A stretch of 32,000 nucleotides of DNA from Nostoc punctiforme PCC 73102 (GTDB lineage: Bacteria > Cyanobacteriota > Cyanobacteriia > Cyanobacteriales > Nostocaceae), in contig NC_010628.1 of the NCBI RefSeq assembly GCF_000020025.1, positions 3,450,001 through 3,482,000 of the forward strand, read 5' to 3'. The notes under the pieces are model-generated. The model made no database searches. It was not told the origin of the DNA and saw nothing but the letters and a program-made list of their open reading frames with translations. Numbering within the stretch: position 1 is the stretch's first letter; the number at the start of each line of letters is the position of its first letter. Below are positions 25,917 through 32,000 of the stretch, piece by piece. The position numbers and the translations under genes are program-made.

Positions 25917-26399
25917 ATGCTAAATCTGCCGACTCAAGACCTACGCCATACAGCCATCCAGTTTTTAGAACAAAGTCCCCTACAGCGTCTAAAAATTCTT
26001 AAGCAACTGGGAATTGCTCGTTATGAGTTTTTAACTAAAATCCGCCTAAATGAAGCAAATATCATCTGTATTATGCGGTTTTTTAAATATCCAAGTCAGC
26101 TAAAATTTCCAAATCTGATAGGAGCAGATTTATCTGGCTTAATTTTAGATGATGTAAACTTCATCCGAGGAAATTTGTCTGGAGCAAATCTGCAAGGTAG
26201 TAGTTTAGTCAATGCGGACCTCTTATTTGCAAATTTAATGAAAGCCGATTTGAGAAATGCAGATTTGCGAGGTGCAACTTTGGATGAGACTATTTGGTTA
26301 GAGACTCTAGTAGATAAGTGTCACCTGGGTCTAGGTACTGGTTTAACTCTGCTACAACGTCAAGATTTACAACTGCGCGGGGCTAGATTTAACTCTTGA
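25917..26399 (+). CDS. Pentapeptide repeat-containing protein
   Basis: 160 aa. The central run of A(D/N)LxX pentapeptides reads [54 protein letters not shown]. Confidence 0.85.
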   Translation: MLNLPTQDLRHTAIQFLEQSPLQRLKILKQLGIARYEFLTKIRLNEANIICIMRFFKYPSQLKFPNLIGADLSGLILDDVNFIRGNLSGANLQGSSLVNADLLFANLMKADLRNADLRGATLDETIWLETLVDKCHLGLGTGLTLLQRQDLQLRGARFNS

Positions 26400-26464
26400 A
26401 AAGACGTTAATTGAAACACAAAAAATTATAAGATTATTGGAGCGAGATTGGTCTGGATAAGTTG

Positions 26465-27628
26465 ATGAATATTAAGTTGCCCCAAAAATTGATGCTGCTA
26501 GGTTCAGGAGAACTAGGTAAGGAATTTGCGATCGCGGCTCAACGTCTTGGTAATTATGTGATTGCTGTTGACCGCTACGCCAATGCTCCCGCAATGCAAG
26601 TCGCTGATGCCTCTGAAGTTATTTCTATGCTCAGTGCTGATGATTTAGAAGCTGTAGTTAAAAAACATCAGCCAAATATTATCATACCAGAAATTGAAGC
26701 CATTAGAACAGAAAAACTGGTCGAATTTGAGCAACGAGGGATTACGGTTATACCGACTGCGGCTGCTACTAACTATACAATGAACCGCGATAGAATTAGG
26801 GAACTGGCGCATAAACAATTGGGCATCAGAACGGCTACTTATGGTTATGCAACAACCCTAGAAGAATTGATTACAATTTCTGAGGAAATTGGGTTTAGTA
26901 ATGTTGTTAAACCTGTGATGTCATCCTCTGGTAAAGGTCAGTCTGTAGTACAGGATAAGAGTGAAGTTGAGAAAGCATGGAATTATGCGATCGCTAATTC
27001 TAGAGGAGACAGTCAAAAGGTAATCGTAGAAGAATTTATTAACTTTGAAATCGAGATAACATTACTAACAATTAAACAGTGGGATGCACCGACAATTTTC
27101 TGTTCTCCTATTGGTCATCGCCAAGAACGAGGCGATTATCAAGAATCGTGGCAACCCGTACTAATTTCTGAAGATAAAATATTAAAATCTCAAGAAATAG
27201 CCATAAAAGTAACTGATGCTTTAGGAGGAGCCGGAATTTTTGGCGTTGAATTTTTCATTACCAAAGATGAAGTGATTTTTTCCGAACTTTCTCCCAGACC
27301 GCACGATACGGGAATGGTGACATTAATCTCACAAAATCTCAATGAATTTGAACTACATTTAAGAGCAATTTTAGGCTTGCCAATTCCTCATATAGAACAA
27401 CTAGGAGCCTCAGCTAGTGCGGTAATTTTAGCTTCGGAAAAATCTGATTCTATTGGTTTTACAGGCGTAGCCGATGCTTTGTCAGAAAAAGATGTCGATA
27501 TTAGATTATTTGGTAAACCTAATGCTCACCCATATCGACGAATGGGAGTAGCTTTAGCCAAGGGTCAGAATATCGAAGAGGCTAGGGAAAAAGCTACTAA
27601 AGCTGCAAGTAAAATCACCATTATTTAA
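26465..27628 (+). CDS. purT: Formate-dependent phosphoribosylglycinamide formyltransferase (GAR transformylase 2)
   Basis: ATP-grasp enzyme with the N-terminal LMLLGSGELGKE, then VKPVMSSSGKGQS, EFELHLRAILGLP and HPYRRMGVALA, as in PurT. The track start is TTG 26462; an ATG lies at 26465. Confidence 0.9.
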   Translation: MNIKLPQKLMLLGSGELGKEFAIAAQRLGNYVIAVDRYANAPAMQVADASEVISMLSADDLEAVVKKHQPNIIIPEIEAIRTEKLVEFEQRGITVIPTAAATNYTMNRDRIRELAHKQLGIRTATYGYATTLEELITISEEIGFSNVVKPVMSSSGKGQSVVQDKSEVEKAWNYAIANSRGDSQKVIVEEFINFEIEITLLTIKQWDAPTIFCSPIGHRQERGDYQESWQPVLISEDKILKSQEIAIKVTDALGGAGIFGVEFFITKDEVIFSELSPRPHDTGMVTLISQNLNEFELHLRAILGLPIPHIEQLGASASAVILASEKSDSIGFTGVADALSEKDVDIRLFGKPNAHPYRRMGVALAKGQNIEEAREKATKAASKITII

Positions 27629-27650
27629 TCACCAGTACAGCACTCACCAT

Positions 27651-27699
27651 TGACAAATGACCAATGGCCAATGACAAATGAAAAATGACAAATGGCTAA
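27651..27699. repeat. STRR heptamer array, 7 units (TGACAAA TGACCAA TGGCCAA TGACAAA TGAAAAA TGACAAA TGGCTAA)
   Basis: Read directly from the purT-cysK spacer. Confidence 0.85.
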
Positions 27700-27718
27700 A
27701 TAACTAAGGACTATAATT

Positions 27719-28681
27719 ATGCGAATTGCTCGTAACATTACAGAACTTGTTGGTCGTACACCCCTAGTTCAGTTGAACCGCATTCCTCAAACAGAAGGAT
27801 GTGTTGCGGAAATTGTGGTGAAACTGGAAAGTCTCAACCCATCGGCATCAGTCAAAGACCGGATTGGGGTCAGCATGATTAACGCTGCCGAAGAGGAGGC
27901 GCTGATTACTCCTGAGAAGACAATATTAGTAGAACCCACTTCTGGAAATACGGGAATTGCTCTAGCAATGACAGCAGCAGCTAAGGGTTATCGATTAATT
28001 TTGACAATGCCAGAGACCATGAGTGGGGAACGTCGGGCAATGTTGCGGGCTTATGGAGCAGAACTGGAACTAACGCCAGGTATGGAAGGCATGAGTGGGG
28101 CAATTAGACGAGCGCAGCAAATAGTTAATAGTACGCCAAATACCTATATGTTGCAGCAGTTCCGCAATCCAGCTAATGCAAAAGTGCATCGGGAAACTAC
28201 AGCTCTGGAAATTTGGGAAGATACTGATGGACAAGTAGATATAGTTGTGGCGGGTGTGGGCACTGGTGGTACGATCACTGGGGTAGCAGAAGTGATTAAA
28301 GCACGCAAACCTAGTTCTAAAGCGATCGCAGTTGAACCAGCCAATAGCCCTGTTTTATCTGGGGGACAGCCAGGGCCACACAAAATCCAAGGAATTGGCG
28401 CTGGGTTTATTCCCCAAGTACTCAAGCTAAAATTGATAGATGAAGTGATTACCATCACCGATGAAGAAGCGATCACTTATAGTCGGCGCTTGGCAAAAGA
28501 AGAAGGGCTACTATCTGGCATTTCCAGTGGGGCCGCTTTATGTGCAGCAATTCGCGTTGCTCAACGTGAAGAAAACAAAGAGCGTTTAATTGTGATGATT
28601 CAGCCCAGCTTTGGTGAGAGGTATCTGAGTACACCCTTGTTCCAAGATCTGGAGGCAAGGTTGCCCGCTAGCGTTGGTTAA
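27719..28681 (+). CDS. cysK: Cysteine synthase A (O-acetylserine sulfhydrylase)
   Basis: 320 aa with the PLP-lysine context [11 protein letters not shown], the substrate loop TSGNTGI and the PLP phosphate loop [10 protein letters not shown]. Confidence 0.93.
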   Translation: MRIARNITELVGRTPLVQLNRIPQTEGCVAEIVVKLESLNPSASVKDRIGVSMINAAEEEALITPEKTILVEPTSGNTGIALAMTAAAKGYRLILTMPETMSGERRAMLRAYGAELELTPGMEGMSGAIRRAQQIVNSTPNTYMLQQFRNPANAKVHRETTALEIWEDTDGQVDIVVAGVGTGGTITGVAEVIKARKPSSKAIAVEPANSPVLSGGQPGPHKIQGIGAGFIPQVLKLKLIDEVITITDEEAITYSRRLAKEEGLLSGISSGAALCAAIRVAQREENKERLIVMIQPSFGERYLSTPLFQDLEARLPASVG

Positions 28682-28696
28682 CGATACATTGAATTA

Positions 28697-29398
28697 ATGG
28701 TCAATTCTAAGCACGTTTCTAACCATTACGAAACTCTCAAAGTTAGTCCAAGTGCAAGCCTTGCGGAGATTAAGCAAGCTTATCGCCGCTTGGTTAAGTT
28801 ATTTCATCCTGACATTAATCAGGATACAGCCGATCGCGATCGAATTATTCGCATTAATGCAGCTTATGAAGTTTTAGGTGACAACCATAATCGCCGCAAT
28901 TACGATCAACAACTGCAAGATGACTCTCAAAAATTAAATAGCGATCGCCAACAGCGTACAGCATCGGCGCAAAAGCATTACCAGACAAGACGAAAAACCG
29001 GACGGGAAGCTGACGAGCAAGTTGAAGAATGGCTGCGTCGAGTTTATCAACCAGTCAATCATCTACTTGATGGTATTCTCTATTCTCTAGAGGAGCAAAT
29101 AGAGCAATTAGCTGCCGATCCTTTTGATGATGAGTTGTTAGATGAATTTCAGGAATACTTACAAACCTGTCGAAATGACCTCAAACAGGCACAAATTACT
29201 TTTCGATCTCTGCCGAATCCTCCTAGTTTAGCAGGAACTGCGGCTAACCTCTATTACAGCCTCAATCAAGTAGCAGATGGACTTGAAGAGTTGGCTTATT
29301 TTCCTTTGAGCTACGATGAGCGTTATTTACACACAGGCCAAGAACTATTTCGCATAGCTACGAGATTACATTGCGAGGCACAAGCATCTGTTATATAG
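28697..29398 (+). CDS. J-domain (DnaJ-like) protein
   Basis: 233 aa with the N-terminal J-domain NHYETLKVSPSASLAEIKQAYRRLVKLFHPDIN carrying the HPD tripeptide. The remainder is uncharacterised. It starts 15 nt after the cysK stop. Confidence 0.8.
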   Translation: MVNSKHVSNHYETLKVSPSASLAEIKQAYRRLVKLFHPDINQDTADRDRIIRINAAYEVLGDNHNRRNYDQQLQDDSQKLNSDRQQRTASAQKHYQTRRKTGREADEQVEEWLRRVYQPVNHLLDGILYSLEEQIEQLAADPFDDELLDEFQEYLQTCRNDLKQAQITFRSLPNPPSLAGTAANLYYSLNQVADGLEELAYFPLSYDERYLHTGQELFRIATRLHCEAQASVI

Positions 29399-29457
29399 TC
29401 ATTGGGCATTGGGCATGGTCAAATAATAAATGACTAATGACTAATGACTACTGACAA
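29399..29457. repeat. STRR heptamer array (CATTGGG x2 then AATGACT/TAATGAC units)
   Basis: The sequence reads cattgggcattgggcatggtcaaataataaatgactaatgactaatgactactgac. Confidence 0.8.
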
Positions 29458-29523
29458 ACAAATTAGTTTATGCTGGAAATAGAAAAAGATTAAGAAATTT
29501 TAAATTCTGCTCATAGTGTACTC

Positions 29524-30396
29524 ATGCAATGTATTGTGAATCGCCGCGCCCAGTTTTCGGCAAGTCATCGCTATTGGTTGCCAGAACTGAGTGAAGCCGA
29601 GAATATTGAAAAATTTGGTGCTTGCTCTAAATTTCCTGGACACGGACATAACTATGTCTTATTTATCTCCCTTGCGGGGGAATTGGATAAGTATGGTATG
29701 GTGCTGAACTTGTCTGATGTCAAACACGTAATCAAACGAGAAGTTACCAGTCAATTGGATTTCTCTTATATCAACGATGCGTGGACAGAATTTCAACAAA
29801 CTTTACCCACCACTGAGAATATTGCCCGGATTATCTGGCAGAGATTAGCACCGCATTTGCCTTTAGTCCGTGTGCAGTTATTTGAACATCCTGAACTTTG
29901 GGCAGATTATATAGGAAACGCAATGGAAGCATACCTTACTATCAGTACTCACTTTAGCGCCGCCCATCGGCTAGCTCATCCTCATCTCAGTAACGAAGAA
30001 AACACTGAGATTTATGGTAAGTGCGCCCGTCCCCACGGTCATGGACACAACTATCATCTAGAAGTCACCGTCAAAGGAGAAATTGACCCACGCACCGGCA
30101 TGATTGTCGATTTAGGGGGTTTGAATCAAGTGATAGAAGATTATGTGGTTGAACCATTCGATCACACTTTTTTAAATAAAGACATTCCTTATTTTGCCGA
30201 AATTGTGCCCACTGCTGAGAATATCGCACTTTACATTAGTAATTTATTGCGATCGCCCATTCAAGAATTGGGAGCTAAACTTCACAAAGTGAAACTTATT
30301 GAAAGTCCCAATAACTCCTGCGAAATCTACTGCACGGAGTCAGAATCAGATTCAGTCAGCGCATCCGTGAATCAGCCAGTATTGGCACGAGTTTAG
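29524..30396 (+). CDS. Tandem two-domain 6-pyruvoyl-tetrahydropterin / 6-carboxytetrahydropterin synthase (PTPS/QueD family)
   Basis: There are two copies of the family signature: FSASHRYW...FGACSKFPGHGHNY (domain 1) and FSAAHRLA...YGKCARPHGHGHNYHLEV...DH.FLN (domain 2). Confidence 0.85.
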   Translation: MQCIVNRRAQFSASHRYWLPELSEAENIEKFGACSKFPGHGHNYVLFISLAGELDKYGMVLNLSDVKHVIKREVTSQLDFSYINDAWTEFQQTLPTTENIARIIWQRLAPHLPLVRVQLFEHPELWADYIGNAMEAYLTISTHFSAAHRLAHPHLSNEENTEIYGKCARPHGHGHNYHLEVTVKGEIDPRTGMIVDLGGLNQVIEDYVVEPFDHTFLNKDIPYFAEIVPTAENIALYISNLLRSPIQELGAKLHKVKLIESPNNSCEIYCTESESDSVSASVNQPVLARV

Positions 30397-30500
30397 CTAA
30401 TTGTAAATTTAGGCATAGGACATTTTTAATAATTACGAATTACGAATTATTAAAATTAGCCCTTTCAAAGTGACTCTTAAAATGTATTTTATTCTCTTCG

Positions 30501-30550
30501 GTTCTCTGCGGTTTAAAAGTGATTTATTTAACCGCAGAGGCACAGAGAAC
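30501..30550. repeat. Inverted repeat gttctctgcggtt ... aaccgcagag(gca)cagagaac (dispersed Nostoc-type hairpin)
   Basis: ctctgcggtt (30504-30513) pairs with aaccgcagag (30530-30539), and gttctctg (30501-30508) with cagagaac (30543-30550). It lies between the convergent PTPS and Uma2 genes. Confidence 0.7.
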
Positions 30551-30585
30551 ACAGAGTAAAGAGGATAATCGAAAAGAATCCAAGC

Positions 30586-31143
30586 CTAGAAAAGTTTACT
30601 CACTAAGCAGGTGAAACCAGGTAGCAAAGGACTTGTCAGTTCATCTTGACTAAATAGAGTAGCTGCTAACTTTAATGCAGCCTGTTCACGACGATAAACT
30701 TCAACTTTCTTCTGTATAGAATCGCAAATCCAATATTCCTGAACTCCTTGCACCGAGTAAAGCTTTAGCTTTGTTTCTCTGTCGCGTTTCTCATTCTTTT
30801 CACCGGGTGAGAGAACTTCTACTACTAACTCCGGTGCGCCTGTGAGATGTCCAGCTTCATCTAGTAAGTGTTTTAAGCGTTCATGACTTGCCCATACCAC
30901 ATCAGGGATCACATTGTCAGAATCTGAGAAAATAATTCCAGGTGCGATCGCAGCTTTACCTAAACCAGTTTCATCTGACCAATTGTTAAGAACTGTAACA
31001 ATATTGCCACAACTTGATTGATGATCCCAACTAGGTGATTTAGTCACAAATAGTTCTCCATCAATAATCTCATAGCGATTTCTGCGATCGCCAGCGAATA
31101 ACTCTAGATCATCTGTCGTCCAACGCACTGGAGTTGTTTGCAT
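30586..31143 (-). CDS. Uma2-family (DUF820) PD-(D/E)xK-like endonuclease
   Basis: 185 aa with RYEIIDGELFV, PDVVW and the APELVVEVLSPG..NEKRDRETKLKLY..GVQEYW pattern characteristic of the abundant cyanobacterial Uma2 family. Confidence 0.85.
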   Translation of the reverse strand: MQTTPVRWTTDDLELFAGDRRNRYEIIDGELFVTKSPSWDHQSSCGNIVTVLNNWSDETGLGKAAIAPGIIFSDSDNVIPDVVWASHERLKHLLDEAGHLTGAPELVVEVLSPGEKNEKRDRETKLKLYSVQGVQEYWICDSIQKKVEVYRREQAALKLAATLFSQDELTSPLLPGFTCLVSKLF

Positions 31144-31175
31144 AGAAACCCCCTAGCATTTTCTTAAATCATATT

Positions 31176-32000
31176 TTAAAAATACCGACGACGGGCGGAA
31201 TGTCGCAAATAGCGATAAATGCCCCAAGCTAAAACTCCAAAAAAGAGATTTAGCAAAAAGCGACTAAATATAAACCACAAAATATAACTGTCAAAAAGCT
31301 TTGACGGACTCAAAAAACTAATTTTATTGGCTAAGAGAAACAGCCCAAAAATAGCATTTCCACCCAGCACGAGGGCAAAAAGCACTAAACCCCTCTGCCA
31401 GTAACGTCGCTGGGGTGTACGTTCCCAAATCAGGGTAATTACAGGTTTACCTTGCACTTTTCGCAGTAATTGTTCTAGTCGCCAAAACATCCACAATAAA
31501 AACGGAAATAAACCATAATTAAGGAAACATAGCGCTAGTGAGTAACTGCAAGCACTAGATAGAATATTAACTAGGGCATGACAGATTACAGAATTCAGCC
31601 AAGCCCAAAGAATAAACTTCCTGTCTTGATATAATCGATTTTTAGACGAAATATACATTCCCAAGGCATATCCCCAAGGCGCAGAGAACATGGCATGGAC
31701 TGGCGTGCTAATAGTACGCCCAAGAATTGATCCTGTATTGTGAAAAAGATAAATCCAGTTCTCTTCGGCGGTAAATCCAAGGGCAACGGCTATGGTGAAG
31801 AGGAAAACGGTTGAGGGAAGTAATCGATACGTGCGTTGCAAATAATAGGTTGGCACAACAACCCCTGCTAACTTGCAGCCTTCTTCAATTACACCTACTT
31901 CCACAAGCTGCCGCAAGATTGCACCAGGGAGCGAGCGCTTGATCCGTTCCCAGTCTACAACCCAATTGGCTACAGTTTCAAAATTCCATTCAAGTCTAAG
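31176..32000 (-). CDS. PrsW-family intramembrane protease-like protein; 5' end lies beyond the window
   Basis: The frame is open from 31916 to base 32000 (LRLEWNFETVANWVVDWERIKRSLPGAI precedes the track start, which is a TTG). The GVIEEGCKLAG (EExxK) and FTAEENWIY / H-containing helices are typical of PrsW, followed by extra C-terminal TM segments. Confidence 0.7.
   Translation of the reverse strand, partial: LRLEWNFETVANWVVDWERIKRSLPGAILRQLVEVGVIEEGCKLAGVVVPTYYLQRTYRLLPSTVFLFTIAVALGFTAEENWIYLFHNTGSILGRTISTPVHAMFSAPWGYALGMYISSKNRLYQDRKFILWAWLNSVICHALVNILSSACSYSLALCFLNYGLFPFLLWMFWRLEQLLRKVQGKPVITLIWERTPQRRYWQRGLVLFALVLGGNAIFGLFLLANKISFLSPSKLFDSYILWFIFSRFLLNLFFGVLAWGIYRYLRHSARRRYF

Noticed and set aside
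28144-28658. Minus-strand ORFs inside cysK
   Set aside because: They are antisense to a confidently identified cysK and are Gly/Pro/Thr-rich mirror translations.

Overview
The window looks like chromosomal DNA from a heterocyst-forming (Nostocales, Nostoc/Anabaena-like) cyanobacterium. My manual scan found about 33 exact copies of the HIP1 palindrome GCGATCGC, where roughly 0.5 would be expected by chance. Many intergenic spacers carry STRR-type tandem heptamers (TGACTAA/TGACCAA, CCCAATG, GGGGAAT). Most genes are core genes. They include a 5'-truncated Na+/H+ antiporter, a tandem minus-strand photosynthetic electron-carrier cluster (psbV, petE, a cytochrome c6 gene) and a divergent cytochrome b6 paralog. 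Also present are accD, pilD, leuB, an MscS channel, purT, cysK, a J-domain protein, a tandem-domain PTPS/QueD, an MFS transporter, an ABC ATPase with a large permease, a pentapeptide-repeat protein, a Uma2 nuclease and a PrsW-like protease running off the 3' edge. Three regions look accessory or unusual. (1) A roughly 3.5 kb AT-rich segment (about 10.5-14.07 kb) sits inside a sugar ABC transporter operon, separating the binding-protein gene from its two permease genes. It carries an ~815 aa protein with a long unrecognisable N-terminal region fused to a classic-clade AAA ATPase, plus a convergent ParE/RelE toxin-antitoxin pair. This is my best candidate for an undescribed conflict or defence module. 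(2) A ~1 kb IS5-superfamily insertion sequence with clear inverted repeats has landed in the loop of a long G-rich/C-rich intergenic hairpin. (3) An EcsC-family gene is interrupted by one in-frame TAA and lies divergent to the ABC ATPase/permease pair. No tRNA, rRNA or CRISPR array was recognised. All functional calls rest on motif recognition by eye; no database search was run.
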